Positions 28,550 to 37,560 of a stretch of DNA of 64,000 nt are shown here, in pieces. The position numbers were made by a program, and so were the translations under genes. Below the pieces are notes generated by a model. The model saw nothing but the letters and a program-made list of their open reading frames with translations. It made no database searches and was not told the origin of the DNA. Source of the stretch: an uncultured virus (IMG/VR IMGVR_UViG_3300043473_000054). Lineage: Duplodnaviria; Heunggongvirae; Uroviricota; Caudoviricetes. Location: the IMG/VR virus record IMGVR_UViG_3300043473_000054; one strand, 5' to 3'. Position 1 is the stretch's first letter, and each line of letters begins with the position of its first letter.

Positions 28550-28765
28550 ATGAACACAGGTGGCCTTCTCGGCCTCTTGATTTTCATCATCATCGTCGTG
28601 GCAATCGCGGCCCTCGTCCTCTGGGTGGTGCAGTATTTCCTCCCCGAAGTCTATCCGCCCGCTAGAATCGTCGTCGGTGTCGTCGCCCTCGTCGCTATCC
28701 TCATCCGCGTCGCAGCATTCTTCGGCGTCGCTGTCGCTGCAATGCCCAGCGTATCAATGGTTTAG
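28550..28765 (+). CDS. Two-TM membrane protein (holin-like?)
   Basis: AAGGAGG RBS; two hydrophobic helices. Confidence 0.65.
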   Translation: MNTGGLLGLLIFIIIVVAIAALVLWVVQYFLPEVYPPARIVVGVVALVAILIRVAAFFGVAVAAMPSVSMV

Positions 28766-28777
28766 GGTGTTTTAACA

Positions 28778-29125
28778 ATGACATTCCAACCCGGTAATCA
28801 ATTGGCGAAAGCCAATGGCGTTCTGAAAAAGCCGCGCATCGTCACGCAAAGGCTTATCGCTGAACTCAATGCGACAGACGAAACCAACATCCCAAAACTC
28901 CATCGCCTCGCAAACGCTTTGCTCGACAAGGCGCTTGAAGGTGATGTGGCAGCCATCAAGGAAGTTATGGATCGCGTCGAGGGCAAAGTCCCGCAGCCCA
29001 TGAGCGGCGATCCAGACAATCCCCTCGTCATCCAGCACGTCACCAGAACCATCGTCCACGCAGATCCAAACCAGCGCAGCAACCCTATCGCCATAGTCGA
29101 TGCTGGCAATTCCAGAGCCGCTTGA
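28778..29125 (+). CDS. Terminase small subunit-like protein
   Basis: FQPGN..; KALEGDVAAIKEVMDRVEGKV; precedes TerL. Confidence 0.7.
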   Translation: MTFQPGNQLAKANGVLKKPRIVTQRLIAELNATDETNIPKLHRLANALLDKALEGDVAAIKEVMDRVEGKVPQPMSGDPDNPLVIQHVTRTIVHADPNQRSNPIAIVDAGNSRAA

Positions 29126-30410
29126 CGGCAACCTCGACATCAAGACGGCGCCCGTCTTCGAGCCGCTCCTCGAGCCAGCCCGATACAAAGGCGCCTACGG
29201 AGGCCGCGGCTCTGGCAAGTCACACTTCTTCGCGGAGGCCCTCGTCGAGGAGTGCATCGTCCACCCAGGCACCGCAGTCGTCTGCATCCGCGAGGTGCAG
29301 CGTACTCTCACGCAATCCGCCAAGCGCCTTATCGAGCAGAAGATCGCGCAGCTCGGCGTCGGCCCGCTGTTTCGCATCCTCGACGACCGCATAGAGGCGC
29401 CGGGCAAAGGGCTGATCATCTTTCAGGGCATGCAGGATCACACGGCGGAGTCCATCAAGAGCCTGGAAGGCTTCCGTATCGCCTGGATAGAGGAGGCACA
29501 GACGCTCTCGCATCGCTCCCTCGCGCTGCTTCGTCCGACAATTCGTGCCGAGAACTCCGAAATATGGGCATCCTGGAACCCGCGCCGCAAGTCAGACGCA
29601 ATCGACGAGTTCCTGCGCCAGCAGAAGCCGCCCGGCGCAGTCGTCGTCGAGGCGAATTGGCGGGACAACCCCTGGTTCCCCGAAGTTTTGGTCTCAGAGC
29701 GTGAAATTGACCAAGAACGCTATCCAGAGCGGTATGATCACATCTGGGAAGGTGGCTATGCGAAGGCGTTCGAGGGCGCTTATTTCGCGGCCGGCCTCAA
29801 CGAGGCCAAGGCGCAGGGACGAATTGGGCGAGTGTCCGCTGACCCGCTACTACCGCTCAGAGCCTTTTTTGACCTGGGAGGCTCAGGGGCTTCCGCCGAT
29901 GCCATGGCGATCTGGATTGTTCAGTGGGTCGGACAGGAAATCCGCGTCCTCGACTACATCGAGGGCATGGGCCAGGTGCTCGCCTACTACGTCGACGAGC
30001 TGCGCCAGCGCAAATACGACAAGGCCATCTGCTACCTCCCGCACGACGGCGTGAACGCTAACGCCATCACCGGCAAGCGGTATGAAGACCATCTGCGGGA
30101 GGCAGGCTTCTCCGTCGAACCGCCAGTGAAAAACCAGGGCAGGGGCGCCGCCATGATGCGAGTGGAAGCGGTGCGGCGGCTATTCCCGCGCATGTGGTTC
30201 AACGAGGCGACGACAGAGGCGGGAAGGGACGCCCTGGGCTATTACCACGAGCGCAGGGACGACGATCGGCAGTTGGGCCTCGGGCCGGAGCATGATTGGA
30301 GCAGTCATGCCGCGGACGCATTCGGCTTGATGGCTATCTGCTACGAGGAGCCGTCTCGGTCGGCGGGCTTCGGACGCAAGTTGGTGTATCAGAGGCTTGG
30401 CATCGTCTGA
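29100..30410 (+). CDS. terL: Terminase large subunit (PBSX-like)
   Basis: GGRGSGKS, WIEEA, DLG, HDWSSHAADAF. Confidence 0.95.
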   Translation: MLAIPEPLDGNLDIKTAPVFEPLLEPARYKGAYGGRGSGKSHFFAEALVEECIVHPGTAVVCIREVQRTLTQSAKRLIEQKIAQLGVGPLFRILDDRIEAPGKGLIIFQGMQDHTAESIKSLEGFRIAWIEEAQTLSHRSLALLRPTIRAENSEIWASWNPRRKSDAIDEFLRQQKPPGAVVVEANWRDNPWFPEVLVSEREIDQERYPERYDHIWEGGYAKAFEGAYFAAGLNEAKAQGRIGRVSADPLLPLRAFFDLGGSGASADAMAIWIVQWVGQEIRVLDYIEGMGQVLAYYVDELRQRKYDKAICYLPHDGVNANAITGKRYEDHLREAGFSVEPPVKNQGRGAAMMRVEAVRRLFPRMWFNEATTEAGRDALGYYHERRDDDRQLGLGPEHDWSSHAADAFGLMAICYEEPSRSAGFGRKLVYQRLGIV

Positions 30411-30524
30411 TCCCATATGCGCGCGCCTGCTGATACCTACGTGAAAGTGCTAAAGGCTGCGCGTGTGCCCGCGCGGTGTAGGAACTGGTTTATAAGTATT
30501 ATAACTAACTGCGCGCGCGAGACC

Positions 30525-30809
30525 CTATTGAGACGGCATGTTCTCGATCAGGGCCTGCAGGTCGGGAGGGAGTTGATCCCTGCGCCTGCCAAATCCCTGC
30601 TGGCGTTCCCATGCATGCCTCGGAGCATGCCGGCGCTTGCTGGGGATGCCGAAGTGAAAGAGGACAACGCGCACAGTCGTGCCGGAAATACCAAAATGCT
30701 TGGCGACATCCTTAACCGTCATGTCGGTGGTCAGAAACAGGCGGCAGAGTGCGATATTGCGCTCTCGCCAAGCAGCCTCTGCTTTGGCCGATGTGATCCA
30801 GTCGCTCAC
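30525..30809 (-). CDS. Antisense HTH protein
   Basis: MTVKDVAKHFGISGTTV HTH; CATAAT 7 nt before GTG. Confidence 0.6.
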   Translation of the reverse strand: MSDWITSAKAEAAWRERNIALCRLFLTTDMTVKDVAKHFGISGTTVRVVLFHFGIPSKRRHAPRHAWERQQGFGRRRDQLPPDLQALIENMPSQ

Positions 30810-31022
30810 GGGGGCCATTATGCCACGAAGACGCCGGGGCGCTAGCCGCTGCGTCTGCCAGCGCATGAGCCGCACCTGGCCGGCGCGCTGGGGGCTATGG
30901 CGGCGGGTGTCCTGGTAGAGTTCACGGCCCTCCCGGCCGCGCAAAACCGGGCCGAATGCACCCAGCCTGAGCGCACTCCGACACGGTCGGCCGGGAGGGC
31001 CACCAGCACAAGGAACCAAACA

Positions 31023-31193
31023 ATGTCTGATCCGAAGGAAGACGAATACACCGAGCCGGGCGAGAGCAAGGCCGGCCGTGGCGGGATTGTATCTCCCGGC
31101 GGCACGCAGCCAAAGCCCTCGGAAGACCCGCGCAAGGATAGCGGGCTGCACGACGAGCCTCCTGCACCCAACCAAGACCTGCCGAAAGAGTAG
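31023..31193 (+). CDS. 56-aa Pro/acidic protein
   Basis: AAGGA RBS; directly before portal. Confidence 0.5.
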   Translation: MSDPKEDEYTEPGESKAGRGGIVSPGGTQPKPSEDPRKDSGLHDEPPAPNQDLPKE

Positions 31194-31196
31194 CGC

Positions 31197-31766
31197 GTGG
31201 CCAAGCTGTCCGTCTCCGAGGTGCAGGCCATCCTCAAGGGCGAGAAGAGCGACGCGCTTAGCGCAGCCGAGAGCAGCAAGCTCTCCGAGGAGCGGGCGCG
31301 GGCGCTCGACTACTACCAGGGCGACATGGCACGCGACATGCCCGCTCCTGCCGATCGCTCCAAGGCCGTCTCGTCCGACGTGGCGGATGCCGTCGAGGGC
31401 CTGATGCCGTCGATGATGGAGGTGCTGCACGGCGGCGACGACGTGGTGGAGTTCGTCCCGACAGGTGCGGAGGACGAAGAGGCGGCGCAGCAGGAAACCG
31501 ACTACGTCAATTATGTATTCACGCAGAAAAACAATGGGTTTCTTATCGACTATACCTTTGTGAAGGATGCGCTGCTGTCGAAGGTCGCGATCGTGAAAGT
31601 ATATTGGGAAGACAAGGAAGAGAGCATTGAGGAGAGCTTCTGGGGCCTGCCGGAGGCGGCCTACGGAATGCTGAAGCAGGCAAAGGACATCGACATCATC
31701 GAGCACACTGAGCGGCAGGGCATTCCCGGCCAGCAGCCGCGTGACGAGCAGCAGGCCGCTTACTGA
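31197..31766 (+). CDS. Portal protein, N-terminal segment
   Basis: R..ALDYY.G..S.DVAD.VE..MPS..F.P..ED..AA.QETDYVNYVF..DALL.K..VKVYW. Confidence 0.8.
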   Translation: MAKLSVSEVQAILKGEKSDALSAAESSKLSEERARALDYYQGDMARDMPAPADRSKAVSSDVADAVEGLMPSMMEVLHGGDDVVEFVPTGAEDEEAAQQETDYVNYVFTQKNNGFLIDYTFVKDALLSKVAIVKVYWEDKEESIEESFWGLPEAAYGMLKQAKDIDIIEHTERQGIPGQQPRDEQQAAY

Positions 31767-32146
31767 TGGGCAAGCGCAAGGGCGATCTTCCGCCATCTAG
31801 AGAGAGGCGTAAAGACAGGATACGTCGGCTGAATAAAGCGACGCTGATTGAGATGGTATTTGCCGAGGAGAAGAGGACCCACTTTTGGTTTGAGGAGAAT
31901 AAGCACCACAAGGATGCGCTGAAGCAGATGAAGCGTGAACTGGACCGCGCAAAGCACGACCTGCATGTGCATGGCGTGAATGGCGACTACCTCGGCATGT
32001 CGGTGCGTCTGGAGGTCGCCCAAGCTGAACTGCGCGGTGCCAAGGCAGACCTGAAGATCCTTGAGGAGGCACTCGCCGACAAGCAGGCCGGCAATCCCAA
32101 TTGGGAGAACGTGGCCGTGATGAAGATGCGCAAGGCGCGCTACTGA
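31766..32146 (+). CDS. Coiled-coil hypothetical protein inserted between portal segments
   Basis: TGATG coupling at both ends; flanked by TACTGATGG repeats. Confidence 0.7.
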   Translation: MGKRKGDLPPSRERRKDRIRRLNKATLIEMVFAEEKRTHFWFEENKHHKDALKQMKRELDRAKHDLHVHGVNGDYLGMSVRLEVAQAELRGAKADLKILEEALADKQAGNPNWENVAVMKMRKARY

Positions 32147-34062
32147 TGGCCCTGCCTCCCTATCCCATGCAGCCTCCCGGGCCTCCCGGCGCAACCCCCG
32201 GGCTTGACCCGCGGGCCATGCCTATGGGGCCTCCTGGCGGCATGGGACCGCCACCGCCGGGAGGCCCGCCAGGGCCACCAGGGATGCCGCCAGGCGGGCC
32301 GATGCGTCCTCCCGGCCCTCCGCCGCCTCCTGGCGCTCCACCGCCTCCAGCGGGCATGCAGGGGCCTCCTGGCCCACCTCCAATGCCTCCACCTCCTCCG
32401 CCCATGCCGGAGACGGTGCATGACGTGAAGATCAGCCGCATCCGCAAATACGGCTGCGCCAGGGTCGAGAACGTGCCGCCGGAGGAGTTTGGCGTCTCGC
32501 GGCGGCAACGCTCCGTCATGCTGCGCGACTGCGACTACTGCTACCACGAAGTCAGGAAGACGGAGGCCGAGCTTATCGCTGCCGGCTACGACAAGGAGCA
32601 GGTCAAGGCGCTGCCCGACTATGCCGGCGATGGCACGACGGAGGAGATCGCCCGCGACACGGTGGACGACAATGCATTGTCGGGGTCCGAGGGGCTGAAC
32701 AAGGCCAACCGGCAGATCCGCGTCACCGAGCACTACGTGATGATGGACTATGAGGGCGACGGCAAGCCGCGCCGCTATCGGGTGACGACGGCTGGCAGCG
32801 GTAGCGAGATCCTGAAGCGCAAGGGCCGCCCGGAGATCGTGCCGGACATGGTGCGCTTTGCCGCCATGACGCCGTTCATCAATCCGCACCGCTTCTATGG
32901 CACGTCCATTGCCGACCTCGTCATGGACATTCAGAGGATTAAGACTGCGTTACTCCGGCAATTGCTCGACAACGTCTATTTTTCCAACAACCAGCGCTTG
33001 GAAGTCGCTGAGGATGGGGCGACAAAGGACACGATCGACGACGTGCTGTCGAATAGGGTCGGCGGCATCATCCGCACCCGTCGCATCGGCTCGGTCGCAC
33101 CTGTCCCGAACCAGCCGATCGGAAGCTTCGTGTTTCCCATGCTGGAATACATGGACACGCTGCGGGAGTGGCGCACGGGTGTGACGCGGCAGGGCCAGGG
33201 CCTCGACCCGAACGCCTTGCAGAACATCGGCGAGCGGGCCGTGCTCGACGCGCAGAACGCCGCCCGCGCCAAGATGAAGCTCATCGCTCGCATCTTCGCC
33301 GAGACGGGCATTCGGGAGATGTTCTGGCTGCTGCACGCGACGATCCGCCAGAACGCCAGTGAGGCCGAGACAGTGAAGCTGCGCGGCCAGTGGGTGAAGG
33401 TAGACGCGCAGGAATGGCGCGAGCGCAACGATCTCACCATCAACGTCGGGCTTGGCTCCGGCGACAAGAGCCAGGAAATCATGGTGCTGCGCGAGATCAT
33501 GCAGATCCAGGGCAACGCCATGACGAGCCCGAAGATGACCGGGCTCGCTGGGCCGCAGCAGGTTTACAACACGGTCAAGCAACTCACGCGCAAGGCGGGG
33601 CTGAACTCACCTGATCCCTACTTCACCGATCCGAGCAAGACGCCTCCGCAGCCTCCCGAGCCTTCTCCCGAGGAGAAGAAGGGCATGGCGGAGATGCAGT
33701 TGAAGCAGGCTGACATGCAGATGCGTCAGCAGGGCGCTATGGCCGACGCTCAGATGCGCCAACAGCAGGCGCAGCAGGACATGGCCATGCAGCAGGCCAA
33801 GGCGCAGCAGGATGCCGCGCTGCAGCGTGAGAAGTTCATGCTCGACGCGCAGCTTCAGCGTGAGCAGATGCAGGCCGACGCGGAATTGAAGCGGGCGCAG
33901 ATTGATGCCGAATTGATGCTGAAGCGGGAGACGCTCGCGGCGGAACTGGCATTGAAGCGCGAACTTGCGATGGCTGGGCTGCAGCTCAAAGCCTCAATGC
34001 CGCCTCCGGGCTCGAATGGCGGCGGGACGAGCGGCGTGCACATAGGCGGCGAGCCAGGGTAG
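32146..34062 (+). CDS. Portal protein, C-terminal segment with poly-Pro leader and Gln-rich coiled-coil
   Basis: ENVPPEEF, PHRFYG.SIADLVMDIQ.IKTALLRQLLDN, RTGVT, IARIFAETG. Confidence 0.85.
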   Translation: MALPPYPMQPPGPPGATPGLDPRAMPMGPPGGMGPPPPGGPPGPPGMPPGGPMRPPGPPPPPGAPPPPAGMQGPPGPPPMPPPPPPMPETVHDVKISRIRKYGCARVENVPPEEFGVSRRQRSVMLRDCDYCYHEVRKTEAELIAAGYDKEQVKALPDYAGDGTTEEIARDTVDDNALSGSEGLNKANRQIRVTEHYVMMDYEGDGKPRRYRVTTAGSGSEILKRKGRPEIVPDMVRFAAMTPFINPHRFYGTSIADLVMDIQRIKTALLRQLLDNVYFSNNQRLEVAEDGATKDTIDDVLSNRVGGIIRTRRIGSVAPVPNQPIGSFVFPMLEYMDTLREWRTGVTRQGQGLDPNALQNIGERAVLDAQNAARAKMKLIARIFAETGIREMFWLLHATIRQNASEAETVKLRGQWVKVDAQEWRERNDLTINVGLGSGDKSQEIMVLREIMQIQGNAMTSPKMTGLAGPQQVYNTVKQLTRKAGLNSPDPYFTDPSKTPPQPPEPSPEEKKGMAEMQLKQADMQMRQQGAMADAQMRQQQAQQDMAMQQAKAQQDAALQREKFMLDAQLQREQMQADAELKRAQIDAELMLKRETLAAELALKRELAMAGLQLKASMPPPGSNGGGTSGVHIGGEPG

Positions 34063-34079
34063 GGGTGACAAAAGCTGTC

Positions 34080-34364
34080 ATGGCAGACGATGAATTTGCC
34101 CTGCGCCGCGACATGGCGACGGCTGCACAGGTGCAGGCGGCGCTCGATGGGCCGATTGCTGCTGCGTTCGACGCCCTGAAGGCGGCCTATCACGAGGCGT
34201 GGGAGATGTCGGGCCCGCGTGACGACGAGGGCCGGAAGAACCTTCACATAGCGGTGACGATCGTCGGGAAAGTGCGATCGCACCTTGAGGCAATTGTCGC
34301 CAATGGGCGACTGGCGGAGCGGCAGATCGCCGAGATCACGGCCCGCCGAAGCGCTTCGGAATAG
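34080..34364 (+). CDS. Small conserved protein between portal and scaffold
   Basis: Position; W..S..D.EGR motif. Confidence 0.65.
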   Translation: MADDEFALRRDMATAAQVQAALDGPIAAAFDALKAAYHEAWEMSGPRDDEGRKNLHIAVTIVGKVRSHLEAIVANGRLAERQIAEITARRSASE

Positions 34365-34378
34365 TCTGAAATCTCGCC

Positions 34379-34412
34379 CTGGGCGCAACTGGGCGTAACT
34401 GGGCGTAACTAG
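34379..34412 (+). repeat. 10-bp tandem repeat x3 (CTGGGCGYAA)
   Basis: ctgggcgcaa ctgggcgtaa ctgggcgtaa ctag. Confidence 0.9.
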
Positions 34413-34423
34413 GAAATCCCTTC

Positions 34424-35512
34424 ATGTCTGAGCCAACCCAACCCGACGCGGGAGCGCCGGCACCCGAGCCTATTGCGCCCGTTCCCGAGCCTTCTACTCC
34501 TCCTCCATCTCCGCCGCCCTCCGACGCGCCAATTACCGCGCGCGAGGCCGCGGATCTCATTTCCGGTAAGACGGACAAACCTTCGGCACCAGATGGTGCT
34601 GACGCCGCCCCCGAAAGGCCCAGCGGCGAGACTGACGGTAGCGACGACCCTTCTCAGAAGCCCATCGACGCCCCGAGGTCATGGACGAAAGCCGACAAGG
34701 AAGCTTTTGCGAGCCTCCCCCGAGACACCCAGGAACGCATCCTGGCGCTCGACAGGACACGCGAGCTGGAATTGCGGCGCGGCCAGAACGAAGCCGCCGA
34801 GCAGCGAAAGGCCGCCGAGGCCTTGGCGCAGCAGGCGGAGCAGGCACAAGCGCAAGCACGATGGCAATACGAGCAGTCGCTGCCGCAGCAGGCGCTGTTG
34901 CTGGATGCCGAGTATCGAAAAGAGTTCGGAACGCCCTCCTGGGACGATCTGCAGGACTGGCAACGTAACGATCCGCTTCGATACCAGGCATGGGACTTGG
35001 CCTACAAGCGGCTGACGCATGCGTCAGCCGAACTGCAGGCGCAACAGGCCCAGCAAGCCCAGCAGCAGCAACTGCAGCATCAGCAGTTCATGCAGAACGC
35101 GGAGGCGTGGAGGGCTGAGGAGGCGCAGAAGTTCGCCGACAAGGCTCCGGAGTGGAAAGATCCAAAAGCCTATCCCGGCTTGGTCGCAGGGATGATGGAT
35201 TATCTGGGAGAGGTTGGGTTCGAGCAGGACTTTCTGCAACGGGCCGCAACCGAGTTCCTGCCAATCCAGATCCACGACCACCGCTTCCAGATGCTCGCAT
35301 GGGATGGCTACCAGTATCGACAGGCCCTTAAGGCCACCAAGTCACCGTCACGCGCACCTGTTCCACCTGTCCAGCGTCCGGGCAGCGCTCCCGCCAAGGG
35401 AGAGGCTCAAGAGGCTCGGTTCAAAGACCTCAACCGCCAATTGGACCGCACTGGCAGTCTCAAGGATGCCGCAAGGCTTATTGCGGCAATGAACGGCAGT
35501 CGGTCCCCGTAA
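34424..35512 (+). CDS. Capsid scaffolding protein
   Basis: Pro/acidic N-terminus, helical Gln-rich body, RTGSLKDAA tail; precedes capsid. Confidence 0.8.
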   Translation: MSEPTQPDAGAPAPEPIAPVPEPSTPPPSPPPSDAPITAREAADLISGKTDKPSAPDGADAAPERPSGETDGSDDPSQKPIDAPRSWTKADKEAFASLPRDTQERILALDRTRELELRRGQNEAAEQRKAAEALAQQAEQAQAQARWQYEQSLPQQALLLDAEYRKEFGTPSWDDLQDWQRNDPLRYQAWDLAYKRLTHASAELQAQQAQQAQQQQLQHQQFMQNAEAWRAEEAQKFADKAPEWKDPKAYPGLVAGMMDYLGEVGFEQDFLQRAATEFLPIQIHDHRFQMLAWDGYQYRQALKATKSPSRAPVPPVQRPGSAPAKGEAQEARFKDLNRQLDRTGSLKDAARLIAAMNGSRSP

Positions 35513-35522
35513 AGGACGGACA

Positions 35523-35670
35523 ATGACAGTTCCAACAGATGTCTTTGCTACCTATCAGTCGATCGGTAACAGAGAAGACCTCAGTGACACCATTTATCGT
35601 ATCAGCCCTACGGAAACTCCCTTCCTCAGTGGTGTAGAGAAAGTAAAAGCCAAGGCAGTGAACCACGAGT
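35523..35670 (+). CDS. Major capsid protein, exon 1
   Basis: AAAGGA RBS; GNREDLSD.IY.ISPTETPFLS..NHE (DUF5309/SU10-like). Confidence 0.9.
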
Positions 35671-36654
35671 AAACTTGATCTGCTCGTGTAAAACCGGGTG
35701 AATTGTCTGGGAAGCCCTTAGAGCCATCGACACTACAGCGTAGCTGGCAACGGCAAGCGCGAATGTTCGAAAAGTCAATGGATTGGGTAATCAGCAGCCA
35801 AGCGCCGCATGTAAGCCGGAGACGGCCTAGGGGCGGTGACGGTTCAACGACTAGCTCCCGCGCGAAAGCAGTAATGGAGCCGCGAGTGCCCGGCCTTATG
35901 TCCAGCTATCCAGAACTTTCTGATGTTTTCTACGGAGGAACCAACCGGCTTCGGTGTAGAGCCACCGGAGAACGTCTCGATCACGCCAGGAACCGATCAG
36001 CCTGCCGTGGCCAGAAGTAAACTTGGAATGAGCCAGCGCTTGGCCTGTGTGGCGTAAGACCGCCTTGCATATGCCATCGAGTACGTCTGCTGTTCCTGTA
36101 AATGCAAACTGGCGCGGCCCGATCCATCCGTCACCATCAAGCAGCCCCCTGAGAAAATGTCGTTCTACATCGGCAGGGATTAGGGGATAGGTGAGGGTCT
36201 TGGATTTGCCCGGCACGATGCCTAGCGAAGCCAAGTCACCAATCAGCTTTCGGCTGCAAAAGGTGATGACGCGCTGGGGTTTGGTGTTGGGATAACCTCC
36301 TCGGCTGATTTTGGCGGCAATAGGAGCACCGCTACCCATTGCCAAGCGCATTTCTTCGAGGATGTGAACGTCGGTTTCCGAGACGCAACACGCAACCCAC
36401 TTGCCGCTCTTTGCCACGTAACCGTCAGCAGCCAAGAACCCCAGAAAATAGGCTTTTGGCTCGGAGTTGACGGAGGCAAAGAAATCGCAGTCAAGAGGAT
36501 AGGCACTCGAACGACGCGCGCGGAGTTGGGGCAGAATTTCCATCTGGAAATGATAGCTGGATCGTAAGTGAAGATATAGTTCTGATCTCCGCTCGAAAGA
36601 CGGAGAGGGCGGCAGAAATGACCGCCCCGGCCCGCAAGGGCTGGTAACACATTG
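35671..36654 (+). ncRNA. Group I intron (984 nt)
   Basis: P1 CACGAGU/GCUCGUG with U.G; P, Q, R (35842-53), S (36571-) elements; P3; P9 hairpins; terminal G; removal restores HEWQ. Confidence 0.92.
35896..36543 (-). CDS. LAGLIDADG homing endonuclease, antisense within the intron
   Basis: AYFLGFLAADG and HFLRGLLDGDG motifs. Confidence 0.9.
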   Translation of the reverse strand: MEILPQLRARRSSAYPLDCDFFASVNSEPKAYFLGFLAADGYVAKSGKWVACCVSETDVHILEEMRLAMGSGAPIAAKISRGGYPNTKPQRVITFCSRKLIGDLASLGIVPGKSKTLTYPLIPADVERHFLRGLLDGDGWIGPRQFAFTGTADVLDGICKAVLRHTGQALAHSKFTSGHGRLIGSWRDRDVLRWLYTEAGWFLRRKHQKVLDSWT

Positions 36655-37463
36655 GGCAAGTTCAAAACCTCGCCGCCGCGAGCACGGCTAATGCGGTGCT
36701 CGAAGGCGACGACGCGACGATCGATGCCGCCACTCCAACCGTGCGGCTCGGCAACATCGCGCAAATCTCCGACAAGGTGGCGGCAGTCACCGGCACGGAG
36801 AACGCCATCGACCGGGCCGGGCGTGACAACGAGCTGTCCTATCAGCTTGCGCTGAAAGGGCAGGAGCTAAAGCGCGACATGGAGAGCATCCTGCTCTCCA
36901 ATCAAGCGAAAAACGCGGGCGCAATCGGCACGGCAAGAAAGACCGCGTCGGTGCTGGCATGGATCGGCACCAACGACGCATTCGGCGCATCGCCGGGTGC
37001 GTCTCCGGTCACTCTCGACGGGCTCGCTACAAGGACTGACGGCGTGCAGCGGGCTTTCACCGAGGCGCTTCTGAAGCCGGTCCTGCAGCTCATCTGGAAC
37101 GAGGGCGGCGATCCTGACGTGATCATGGTCGGGGGCGCAAACAAACAGGCGTTCAGCACGTTTACTGGTCGCACGGGAACGGCCGGGCCGAATGAGCAGA
37201 CATCGACGAAGAAAATCGTCAACAATGTCGAGATTTACGAGGGAGACTTCGGCACGCTGAAGGTGGTCGCCAACCGCTTCATGCGGACGAGGGACTGTCT
37301 TGTTCTTGAGATGGACAAGTGGGCCGTAGCATACCTCCGCAACATGCGGCGGTGGGACTTGGCCAAGACTGGTGACTCCGAGAAAACACAGATCTTGTGT
37401 GAGTATAGTTTGGAAAGCCGCAACGAAAAAGCTTCGGGTGGCGTTTTCGACCTGACACCGTAA
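36655..37463 (+). CDS. Major capsid protein, exon 2
   Basis: WQVQNLAAA..NAVLEGDD..RLGN..QIS.K..ELKRDME..YEGDFG..LAKTGDSEK..NEKA; spliced product 318 aa. Confidence 0.92.
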
Positions 37464-37560
37464 CACCCATCGCCGCCACGCCTTCAGTCCCGTTCACACT
37501 GGACCGAGAGCGAGCACCTCCTGTGGCGTGGCGGCGACCTTAAAGCAGGGAGGAGAACAC

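Noticed and set aside
30819..31796. 423-aa minus-strand ORF and similar long shadow ORFs (264..1289, 47863..48975, 52310..53350, 59371..60309)
   Set aside because: Antisense shadows of high-GC genes; only the short 3' parts with their own start signals were kept
35703..36020. 105-aa plus-strand ORF or intein in the capsid gene
   Set aside because: It overlaps the intron core; exon 1 is followed by a stop and the endonuclease is on the opposite strand
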